Part shown: positions 8,425-15,609 of the stretch, piece after piece
Numbering within the stretch: the first letter of the stretch is position 1
Layout: each line of letters starts with the position of its first letter
IMG/VR virus record: IMGVR_UViG_3300024270_000055
Strand: one strand, 5' to 3'
DNA: 20,000 bases
Source of the DNA: an uncultured virus (IMG/VR IMGVR_UViG_3300024270_000055)
Lineage: Duplodnaviria > Heunggongvirae > Uroviricota > Caudoviricetes
Translations under genes and position numbers: made by a program
The notes under the pieces: model-generated
What the model was told of the DNA's origin: nothing
Databases searched by the model: none
What the model saw: the letters and a program-made list of their open reading frames with translations, nothing else

Positions 8425-8658
8425 TCAAGGGAATATACTACAAAAAGCGCAATCCTTGGTTTCTTCATTGTATTGCTCCATCGTGATTTCCTCCACATTG
8501 CCAACGACTTCATTAATGTCTACCAACGCTTCATAAGGAGAATACCTAAAACCTTCCGTAGACTTGTTCTCTCTATAGTTCCATGATTTTACTTTCCACT
8601 TCAATGCCATACCTTCATCGGCAATGAATCTCTTGAAATTAACGTCTTTTACTTCCAT
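8425..8658 (-). CDS. small hypothetical protein, paralog of adjacent gene
   Basis: Start MEVKD at 8658; LKWK...FRYS...VVGNVEEITMEQY. Confidence 0.75.
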   Translation of the reverse strand: MEVKDVNFKRFIADEGMALKWKVKSWNYRENKSTEGFRYSPYEALVDINEVVGNVEEITMEQYNEETKDCAFCSIFP

Positions 8659-8725
8659 AAATATTGCTTTTCTTACAGAACAAACAAAACTTGAAAATGT
8701 TTGTAGAAAGTTGTAGAATCTACAA

Positions 8726-8749
8726 GAAAAAAGCCCCAATTAAGGGGCT
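8726..8749 (-). terminator. intrinsic terminator
   Basis: AGCCCC-TTAATT-GGGGCT followed by U-tract on -. Confidence 0.8.
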
Positions 8750-8802
8750 AGTTTGCGGTTTGGCGACCCAGTAGTGATACCTGTAAGGATATTCTTGTGG
8801 TG

Positions 8803-8810
8803 CAAATATA
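8803..8810 (-). promoter_or_regulatory. -7 promoter element TATATTTG
   Basis: TAnnTTTG in intergenic DNA. Confidence 0.6.
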
Positions 8811-8849
8811 GAACATATTTCTGAAATTCTATACATCTCAGTTTGATTT

Positions 8850-8951
8850 TTACATATTCCACCACAAAATAAGCATCATCCGACAATAATCCGAATGACA
8901 CAACCAATCAATGCGGTCTAGGAGAATATCTATGTTATCAGAGGTAGACAT
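8850..8951 (-). CDS. 33-aa peptide
   Basis: MSTSDNIDILLDRIDWLCHSDYCRMMLILWWNM*, overlaps the end of the upstream gene. Confidence 0.5.
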   Translation of the reverse strand: MSTSDNIDILLDRIDWLCHSDYCRMMLILWWNM

Positions 8952-9328
8952 AATTTATAAAGGTATCTAGCTATATCTTCGTTGATGTAACACACTTCTT
9001 CACCTTCCAAATCCAATCCACAAGCCGATGCAATCTGAACTGATACGTGATGCATTTCATGTATTGCCAAGGCAAAGTATTCTCTTGGATTCTCACATCT
9101 AGCCCATACGGAGATTGTTTCCCTATATAGCGGATTGGTATATGTTATCCCGTTGTTCACCTTACCGCTTGTAAGGTTGCCTAGTGCGGTCATGTAGTTC
9201 TCTTTGTTGATTCCAATAGAATACAAGGCATCCATGATTTGACTCACATGATACCTTGTAATCGGCAGGAATATGGTAATATACCAAGGCTCTCCGTCAA
9301 CTATGATATGGAATCTACTCCGTATCAT
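8930..9328 (-). CDS. putative minimal zincin metalloprotease
   Basis: GITY...LAIHEMHH (HExxH) with downstream EEVCY. Confidence 0.7.
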   Translation of the reverse strand: MIRSRFHIIVDGEPWYITIFLPITRYHVSQIMDALYSIGINKENYMTALGNLTSGKVNNGITYTNPLYRETISVWARCENPREYFALAIHEMHHVSVQIASACGLDLEGEEVCYINEDIARYLYKLCLPLIT

Positions 9329-9740
9329 CCAAGAAATCGCTCCAATAAATAGGTTCTCCGTTGCCTACCATTGTCGAATACCATCTACGCATGGTAGTTC
9401 CGTCAGCTACATCGTCATCCTCAAAGATATACTTAGCAATAAGTAACTTTTGCTTATCGTCAAATGGAGATTTCTTCAAGTCACAAAAATACATGTGGTA
9501 GAGATACACGAAGTCATAGTTGATTTTCTTCTCCAGCTTGATTCCATGCTTGGTAAGAAGTTCCTCAACCTTTTCCTTCGGTGTATACTCCATCTGCTTT
9601 TCCTTATCGCCCTCCTTGTAGTACATCAATGACACTGCGAATCGACAAAGTTTTTCCGAAAAATGCCATGAATAGGAACTAAGGTACGCTATCTGCGACA
9701 TGGGACGCATATCGTATAAATCCAACGCTTGCTTACACAT
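9315..9740 (-). CDS. conserved Bacteroidales phage hypothetical protein
   Basis: YL..Y.WHF..KLC.FAVS.M, YD.VY..HM...D, DD.D..DG....RWY..M...G.PI.W.D motifs. Confidence 0.85.
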   Translation of the reverse strand: MCKQALDLYDMRPMSQIAYLSSYSWHFSEKLCRFAVSLMYYKEGDKEKQMEYTPKEKVEELLTKHGIKLEKKINYDFVYLYHMYFCDLKKSPFDDKQKLLIAKYIFEDDDVADGTTMRRWYSTMVGNGEPIYWSDFLDDTE

Positions 9741-9782
9741 ATATATAAGGTATTAAGAGGGGCTGTTACACCCCTCGGTTAA

Positions 9783-10052
9783 TTACATGAAACGTGGGTC
9801 GAACCACTGACCTTCCTGCGGGAACTGACTACCCATAGGATTCATCGGCTGCTGTCCCCAAAAGACACCGCCCGACTGCCCCATAGACTGACCGTTCCAG
9901 TTGCCTTCGTTCTGTCCCATACGCTGATAGCCACCACCACGGCTGTAACCACCACTGCGCTGACCCATCTTCTGAGCCTTCTGGTACAACTTCTGCGACT
10001 TATGAGCAAGCTCCTGTGCTTCCTCCATAATTTCTTTCAATTCTTCGTTCAT
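9783..10052 (-). CDS. Gly/Gln-rich low-complexity protein
   Basis: N-terminal helix then MGQ repeats. Confidence 0.8.
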   Translation of the reverse strand: MNEELKEIMEEAQELAHKSQKLYQKAQKMGQRSGGYSRGGGYQRMGQNEGNWNGQSMGQSGGVFWGQQPMNPMGSQFPQEGQWFDPRFM

Positions 10053-10058
10053 AACTTA

Positions 10059-10481
10059 CTAATTTAAAAGATTCTTGAATTCTAAAATATCCTCCGAAGT
10101 GAATCTCAGCCTAGAAGTTCCGACAAGCATATCAAGGAATATGTTTCTTGGCAAATCAACCGCCAACTCTCCGTTGCCTACCGTCAAATGGAAGCCGCCC
10201 ATATCATACTCGCTGGGCTTCATTTCCTTGAACATCTGAGCCATCCCGTCAATCATGACATCGGTATCAACCACGCCGTCTTTAGAGACAAACATGAATA
10301 AATTATCAATACCTTGGTTCAGCATGGAATCATACCTGTTCATCGCATTGTTCAAACCGTTCTTTGCAAACGTCCGACCCATTGCGCTGTTAGGAAACAA
10401 CTCGTCAATCTTGGACTCTCCCCACGATTGGAAAGCGGTCTTAATCTCGCCCTTGAATCTGTTTACATCCTCAATTCTCAT
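10059..10481 (-). CDS. hypothetical protein
   Basis: 140 aa, ATGA-coupled to upstream gene. Confidence 0.85.
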   Translation of the reverse strand: MRIEDVNRFKGEIKTAFQSWGESKIDELFPNSAMGRTFAKNGLNNAMNRYDSMLNQGIDNLFMFVSKDGVVDTDVMIDGMAQMFKEMKPSEYDMGGFHLTVGNGELAVDLPRNIFLDMLVGTSRLRFTSEDILEFKNLLN

Positions 10482-10981
10482 TTCTTCTTGTTTTTTGGTT
10501 CACGTTTCATGTTCAAATAATCGTCATAGCTCATGTGGCTGTACTTAGCCTTGTATTCTTGGAAGTCGTTCAATTCATTGTCAACTTCCATAGATGCCGA
10601 CTTCTTCACTCGTTTGGTCAAAGTCAAATGATGGTCTAGCGCATCCTTGCCTTCCTTCGATTGCTCGATGATAGGTCGTAGCATCTGAAGCTGTGCCGCT
10701 TGAATCAATCCCATGATTCTATTGTTGCTTTCTACCCACTCATCGTTTGAAGTGACAATCTGATACTCCTTCTCGGTCATTCCTTGAATGATTTTGTCAA
10801 TCTCATCCCAAACGGGTGTCTGACTTTGTTGTGGCTGCTGTTGCTGCATCATCTGCTGCTTGTACTGAGCCAACTTAGCCTGTCGCATTTCAAGCTCCTT
10901 CTCCATCATTGCGATGTCACTTGAATAGTCCCGTGAACCTAGCAACGGGTCGTTGTTGATAAAAATATTGTTTCCTGCCAT
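10478..10981 (-). CDS. hypothetical helical protein with Gln-rich segment
   Basis: DPLL, poly-Q, PVWDEID, basic tail. Confidence 0.85.
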   Translation of the reverse strand: MAGNNIFINNDPLLGSRDYSSDIAMMEKELEMRQAKLAQYKQQMMQQQQPQQSQTPVWDEIDKIIQGMTEKEYQIVTSNDEWVESNNRIMGLIQAAQLQMLRPIIEQSKEGKDALDHHLTLTKRVKKSASMEVDNELNDFQEYKAKYSHMSYDDYLNMKREPKNKKK

Positions 10982-11085
10982 AATTTACCTTGATACTTGT
11001 CGGAGGGTGGGGTTAACCACCCTTCTTTGTTCTACGCCTTGATTTCTTCGAAGCACAGGAACTACTATAAGGTACATCTTTAGCG

Positions 11086-11943
11086 TTACAGGAACAATCC
11101 ATCTGTATTTCTTGTTTTTGGAACCTTTATAGTCAAAGGAATGTCTTCTGATGTCTTGTATCTCCATATATAGCCAGCAATAGTCCTAAACTTGCCTCTG
11201 GCGCACATCCCTAAATGCCTGCTATTGTATATTGTTTGTGGTTCACGAATATTCTGCCACTCTTTGATGAAAACACCTTCATCAGAATATTGAAGTATCG
11301 GCTTCCACTTTGATGGTACTTTTTTACCTATTTTTGCTTCTGCCGCATTCTTCCTATGCTCTTCAGACTTAGGAACGCCTCTCATGGTTTCACTAATTTT
11401 GCGCTTAGTTTCATCCTTTTGAGCGTGTCCTTTCCCTTTAAGAGCTTCAGAAATTTTCTTCTTCCTTTCTTCAGAGAATTTTCTTCCAAGTAGTTTTGGA
11501 CGTTTTATTCCTATAAATTTCTTTCCAAAATTAGGGTTGTTTTCTCCTTTCATCCTTTCGGAATATTGTTTGCGCCTTTCCTCAGTCCATTCTTTGCTCA
11601 TCCTTTCCCCCAAACCAAAAGCTCCTTTCCCACCTTTCGTAAGATTATACCCTTCTTCTACGGTGTTATATTTCTCGATATAGAATATTTCTTTCTCATC
11701 AAGATGGCGGTCTAGCAACTTTTTATCTTCAAATGGTTCAGATTCATAAAGAATTTCAAAATCAAAAGCGTCTATTCCGAACTCAAGAAATGCTTTTACT
11801 ATCGGTCTTTCAAGGGTTTTACCTGTTGCTTTCCTAACAACAGCTCTATGTTCACACATTCTTTTTTTAATGTCCATTGTCCGACCAATATAGGATTTCC
11901 CGTTTATCCTATTAACCAATCTGTAAACTACTCCTTTTCTCAT
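11086..11943 (-). mobile_element. free-standing GIY-YIG homing endonuclease with NUMOD3 repeats and NUMOD1-like C-terminus
   Basis: GVVY..YIG..R..H..E..YN catalytic domain; SEERKKKISE/DETKRKISE/SEEHRK repeats; KPILQY...FIKEW; own promoter. Confidence 0.92.
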
Positions 11944-11969
11944 ACATTTTATAATATTATGCGTCTTTA

Positions 11970-11977
11970 CAAAGATA
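11970..11977 (-). promoter_or_regulatory. -7 promoter element TATCTTTG for the endonuclease
   Basis: 26 nt upstream of ATG 11943. Confidence 0.7.
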
Positions 11978-12053
11978 AGTAATTACAGATAATTAATACT
12001 ATAACAACGCTTATTTTTTAACCCTTTTAGTATTCCTTTTTGTTACCGCTTTC

Positions 12054-12821
12054 TTAGCCTGCGGCTGCTGTACTTTGGTTATTGCAGCAGCAGTAACTCG
12101 TAACACCTGTAACGGTGGGAGTAAGCGGCAATGTATTGACACCCTTGATATTGCGACAATCAAGTCTATCAACATAGTTAATTACCTTTTCCAGACCTTG
12201 ATTCAACTTACACATGATGAGTTCATCTTGGTACGGTCTAACAGCCGAATTGATAGCCACCTGTGCCTTCAAGTCGCAAAGTTCCTTCTTGATTTCATCG
12301 TCCTTGTCACGAGTGTACTTGTACTGAGAGAACAATTCATCGTTGATACGGTTGTTCACTCGGTCAATGTTGTCTCGGTTGTCCTTGTACAAGTTGAAGT
12401 CTGCTGTGATTTGGCTCTGATACAAACCGAACTTTTCAGCAATGTCGGTGTTGCGTTGAGCAGCCAACAATTCCAATGTGTTCACCTTCTGACCCCACAA
12501 TGTGTTAGTGAGCTTCAAAACGTCGTCACACTCATGTTGGTACACCTCAAATGTAGTAGGAGCGACACAACCGCCACCCAAGCCACCATTGATGTTTACG
12601 TTGGTCGGAACACCGCTTGAAGAACCACCGCCGCCAAGCAAATTACTAAGACCACCACCATTACGATTCCATAAGCTAATAAGCCCCAAAGCAGTACCGG
12701 CTATGCCGAAGCCCAATGCAGTTCCTGCTTTAGCTCTTGTAGAATCATGACCATAGCCATTGTTGTAGCTACCATAGTTTTCTCCGCACTCACGGATAAA
12801 GCTACCTTGTTCTTTAATCAT
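12054..12821 (-). CDS. conserved gut-phage hypothetical protein: Gly-zipper hydrophobic segment, coiled coil, Cys-rich tail
   Basis: GTALGFGIAGTALGL; AEKFGLY..Q..ADF.LYK; RPYQD; LP.TPTVTG..SYCCC. Confidence 0.85.
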   Translation of the reverse strand: MIKEQGSFIRECGENYGSYNNGYGHDSTRAKAGTALGFGIAGTALGLISLWNRNGGGLSNLLGGGGSSSGVPTNVNINGGLGGGCVAPTTFEVYQHECDDVLKLTNTLWGQKVNTLELLAAQRNTDIAEKFGLYQSQITADFNLYKDNRDNIDRVNNRINDELFSQYKYTRDKDDEIKKELCDLKAQVAINSAVRPYQDELIMCKLNQGLEKVINYVDRLDCRNIKGVNTLPLTPTVTGVTSYCCCNNQSTAAAG

Positions 12822-12905
12822 AACTTTAAAGATTAATAATTAAACATACACAGCCTTCGTTGGCTGATATGCAAAGAACTTGATAAGTCCGTGTAAGGGA
12901 AATCA

Positions 12906-12963
12906 GTTTGTGGATGGTTCGTGGAAAGTTTGTAGACTTTCCAATTTGTAAAGTTTTGGAATG
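12906..12963. repeat. 11-bp phased direct repeats, candidate operator
   Basis: GTTTGTGGATG / GTTCGTGGAAA / GTTTGTAGACT at 12906, 12917, 12928 plus two degenerate copies. Confidence 0.7.
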
Positions 12964-12981
12964 AAATGAAGAGTTTTGGGA

Positions 12982-13076
12982 TTAAGTTGATTTTTATTTC
13001 AAAAGTTTAAACTTAAGTTGATAGAATCTCCAAAAGTTGATAACTTAAGTTGATTTTTATTCCAAAAGTTGATAAC
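12982..13076. repeat. three tandem 31-32 bp repeats
   Basis: TTAAGTTGAT-n8-CAAAAGTT...AAC at 12982, 13013, 13045. Confidence 0.9.
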
Positions 13077-13134
13077 TTTTGATTGAGAAACCATCTTTTT
13101 GATTTAATCTTTTGATTTTCATGAAAACTCAATC

Positions 13135-13165
13135 AAAAAAAAGCGGTGACAATCCGTCACCACTT
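13135..13165 (-). terminator. intrinsic terminator
   Basis: AAGTGGTGAC-GGATT-GTCACCGCTT then U-tract on -. Confidence 0.85.
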
Positions 13166-13337
13166 AGAAACTCCTTCAACAGCTTGGTTGATGAGATGCA
13201 CATGGATGTCAGCTCCATGCAAACTTCCGACCTTACGATTCGGCACACCATTTGAGCGTCATTCCCATTATCAAGCGGGATGATAAGCTTGTGTGGAGTT
13301 ACGTTGAGCCAAGTTGCGCACCTTTGCTCTTCACATG
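13135..13337 (-). ncRNA. candidate ~200-nt structured RNA
   Basis: Promoter TATATTTG at 13342-13349, multi-hairpin body, terminator; the only ORF spans both promoter and terminator. Confidence 0.55.
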
Positions 13338-13351
13338 GATGCAAATATAGT

Positions 13352-13382
13352 AAAAAAAGGCGTACCTACAAAAGATACGCCC
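13352..13382 (-). terminator. terminator of hicAB
   Basis: GGCGTA...TACGCC stem with U-tract on -. Confidence 0.7.
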
Positions 13383-13416
13383 AAGTGGTATTATAAAGGT
13401 AGCCTCACGGCTTAAA

Positions 13417-13824
13417 TTAAACTGTAATGCACATCATTTCTTCCGCTAGAGTTCTTAATCCGCTTGCAATCTTTTCAGATTGCCGTTTTCTAGGTTTGCT
13501 TCGACCTGCCGCATAATGCGCTAGCTGCTTTTGATTAATCCCCGTAATATTCTCCAATGCAGAATAGGAGAATATACCTTGGTAGAACTGCAATAGGCTT
13601 TGTACATCAAACTTGTACTCTAATTCATAGTCTTCATCAAATACAGACGGATAGGCAATACCGTCCTCTTTAGCACAATCAATATAGAATTGTATACTTT
13701 CAATCACCTCTTTCTTAAATTCGGAGAAAGAGCCAGAGCAAGCAACAATCCAATTGGGAAGGAGTTCACAATTTCCACTATATCCCCTTTCCGTTTTAGC
13801 TGTTGTGATAGTTACTTTTTTCAT
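13417..13824 (-). CDS. hicB: HicB-family antitoxin with C-terminal HTH
   Basis: N-terminal HicB-like region, ALENITGINQKQLAHYAAG..KPR HTH; directly downstream of hicA. Confidence 0.88.
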   Translation of the reverse strand: MKKVTITTAKTERGYSGNCELLPNWIVACSGSFSEFKKEVIESIQFYIDCAKEDGIAYPSVFDEDYELEYKFDVQSLLQFYQGIFSYSALENITGINQKQLAHYAAGRSKPRKRQSEKIASGLRTLAEEMMCITV

Positions 13825-13874
13825 TGTTATTTCGCTTTATACATAAATGCCTCTTTTCAAGAGAACGGTCTGGG

Positions 13875-14072
13875 TTAGAAAACTAACCCCGACTGTTCTT
13901 CAATACTGCTTAGCAGATTTCCCCATACATCATCAGAAGGATGTCCGTTAACTGTAACAGTCCCCTTTTTTGATGGATGCTTGAATTGGCGATGGCTGCC
14001 TTTTTGCCTTGCAATGTACCAACCATCCTTTTCAAGCGTCTTAATAATTTTGATAACCTTTATTACCTTCAT
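13875..14072 (-). CDS. hicA: HicA mRNA interferase toxin
   Basis: LEKDGW...RQKGSHRQFKHPSKKGTVTV. Confidence 0.95.
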   Translation of the reverse strand: MKVIKVIKIIKTLEKDGWYIARQKGSHRQFKHPSKKGTVTVNGHPSDDVWGNLLSSIEEQSGLVF

Positions 14073-14097
14073 ATTTAATACCACTTGAAATACAATG

Positions 14098-14150
14098 CAA
14101 AGATAGTGATTTTACTATTATTTGCAAAATAATTCGTAGTAAATTTACTA
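14098..14150 (-). promoter_or_regulatory. hicAB promoter with two palindromic operators
   Basis: TATCTTTG 14098-14105, TTTG 14125-14128 (19-nt spacer); TAGTGATTTTACTA 14104-14117 and perfect palindrome TAGTAAATTTACTA 14137-14150. Confidence 0.8.
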
Positions 14151-14429
14151 TTAATATGCAGAATTTTTCAATTCCTTGTACATTTCCTTCAATCCCCACC
14201 TAAATTTACACCTCTCATGAAAACTGTTCCTAGCCTTGTTAACTAGAGCTACACTCCAGCCGCTAATCTCGGCTATCTGCCTGTCTGAATACCTTTCGCT
14301 TAGTACGGCGATAACCAAGTATCTGGCATCTACACATTCCTCTTGATGGGAATTGCACACTTTCCCCTCCGAAAGTTCGGTCATTTCACACACTTTCCCT
14401 AGGATGGAATCAAAATAATCTCTTTTCAT
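14151..14429 (-). CDS. stand-alone DnaA domain IV/TrpR-like HTH protein
   Basis: IL..VC....L....V......ECVDARYL....L....SDRQIA...G.S...V pattern parallels DnaA C-terminal domain. Confidence 0.7.
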   Translation of the reverse strand: MKRDYFDSILGKVCEMTELSEGKVCNSHQEECVDARYLVIAVLSERYSDRQIAEISGWSVALVNKARNSFHERCKFRWGLKEMYKELKNSAY

Positions 14430-14436
14430 AAACAAA

Positions 14437-14545
14437 CCCCGTAAGTTAATTGTTAAGACTTCAAAGCCGCTACAATCAACTGACGAGGGATGTTGTTCTG
14501 ATAATCATTTCTACAAAGTGCGGCTTTTCTTTTTTATGCCGCTTG
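14437..14545 (-). promoter_or_regulatory. structured leader with alternative pairings in front of the HTH gene
   Basis: 14472-14489 pairs with 14437-14453; 14520-14527 pairs with 14463-14470 or with 14538-14542. Confidence 0.55.
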
Positions 14546-14586
14546 GTGCATTTAGTATATAAAGCGAGCTACACTTAACCTAACGG

Positions 14587-15084
14587 TTAATTAACTCTCG
14601 ATTTCAATTTCCAACAAAGATAGGCAATTATTATCAAAGTTCCAATACCTAAAACTTCACCGAATCTCTCCCATACAGAAGATACACCTTGATTTTCTGT
14701 AACGGTCTCGGTTTCCACCTTTTGCGTAAACCCACGAAAATGGTTCAGACTATCCCGTGAGTGGATTTCTATTCTTTTTTGCTCTTCTTCGGAAACCACT
14801 TCGTCAGAATCTTGTGCAATCTTCCTTTCTGTCTCGGTCTTTTCGGTAACAGCACCCGTATCTTTATCATACTTCGTTATGGTTATATGTTCGGTTATGG
14901 TTAGCTTTGACTTGTCTATCCCGATTTTAAGTATCCTAGTAGTATCTACAAGTGCTTGATACTTAGTGTAGTTGGTTTCCGTCTTTTCTTTGCTCACGAA
15001 ATTATTTTCATGAGCAACCTTCTTCGTCTTGCAGCTGCACATCAGCAAGATGAATACAAATATACTTATCCAAAAACTTTTCAT
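14587..15084 (-). CDS. putative unimolecular spanin
   Basis: Lipoprotein signal (ILLMCS-CKTKK), Thr/Glu-rich beta-type middle, C-terminal TM with basic tail; follows endolysin. Confidence 0.75.
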   Translation of the reverse strand: MKSFWISIFVFILLMCSCKTKKVAHENNFVSKEKTETNYTKYQALVDTTRILKIGIDKSKLTITEHITITKYDKDTGAVTEKTETERKIAQDSDEVVSEEEQKRIEIHSRDSLNHFRGFTQKVETETVTENQGVSSVWERFGEVLGIGTLIIIAYLCWKLKSRVN

Positions 15085-15085
15085 A

Positions 15086-15607
15086 TCAATCTTCAAATTG
15101 CAACGAATGTATCCTGTTAATCCAGCCTCGAAGGAATTTCTGATTGGCTGGGCGAGTTTTACATATCCTTTTGAAAAACTCCATCCTAGCCATCTGAATC
15201 TGACCGAACAGAGGAAGTGGACTGTGTGAATTGATAGCCGACAAGGTTATGTTACCGATGATACCGTCAGTCTTGACACCCAAGACTTTTTGAACTTCCT
15301 TGACTGCCGTAGCCGTACCGCTATGCCAAGCCCAATCGACAATCGCATTGGCTACACTTTGGCTCTCGATGAAGTCAGCCTTGCAAGCATCCCAATACAT
15401 CGTCTTCAATATATCGGTAAACTCTTCATCGGACAATCTTATCAAGTCACCGATGGTAGGAGCTGGAAGACCTCTTCTCTTCCTGTACAGCTTATAGGTC
15501 TTGAAGCATACGCCCTTACAAGTAGCTCCTCCAAGGTCGTCGGGGTCATTGACGAAATCACCTTCCCACTTCAAGATGAACGGAACAAGTTTATTTACAT
15601 CTGCCAT
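15086..15607 (-). CDS. endolysin, glycoside hydrolase family 108 with peptidoglycan-binding C-terminus
   Basis: ILKWEGDFVNDPDDLGGAT..GV, DWAWHSG, DGIIG..TL.AIN, KFLRGWINR. Confidence 0.93.
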   Translation of the reverse strand: MADVNKLVPFILKWEGDFVNDPDDLGGATCKGVCFKTYKLYRKRRGLPAPTIGDLIRLSDEEFTDILKTMYWDACKADFIESQSVANAIVDWAWHSGTATAVKEVQKVLGVKTDGIIGNITLSAINSHSPLPLFGQIQMARMEFFKRICKTRPANQKFLRGWINRIHSLQFED

Positions 15608-15609
15608 AA

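Noticed and set aside
8695..8725. Cas12a repeat mimic (TCTAC/GTAGA)
   Set aside because: Arms are in the opposite order with a 1-nt loop; fits a DNA palindrome better
8659..8739. N-terminal extension of the 104-aa ORF
   Set aside because: Overlaps terminator and repeat sites; ATG at 8658 fits the paralog
11040..12053. Group I intron around the GIY-YIG gene
   Set aside because: No recognisable P7/catalytic core; flanks short and AT-rich; gene has its own promoter. A covariance-model search would settle it
12075..12750. Long antisense ORFs (also 18081-18557, 15290-15637, 6844-7191, 1133-1522)
   Set aside because: Shadow frames of well-supported genes with no motifs or expression signals
12982..13076. 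Mini CRISPR array
   Set aside because: Variable part only about 8 nt, copies 1 and 3 nearly identical, no cas genes in window
13185..13225. Hammerhead ribozyme on + strand (TTGATGAG...CAAAC)
   Set aside because: Lacks CUGAUGA and GAAA core and stems I/III
13129..13344. 71-aa ORF as a real gene
   Set aside because: TTG start lies within the promoter element and the ORF runs through the terminator
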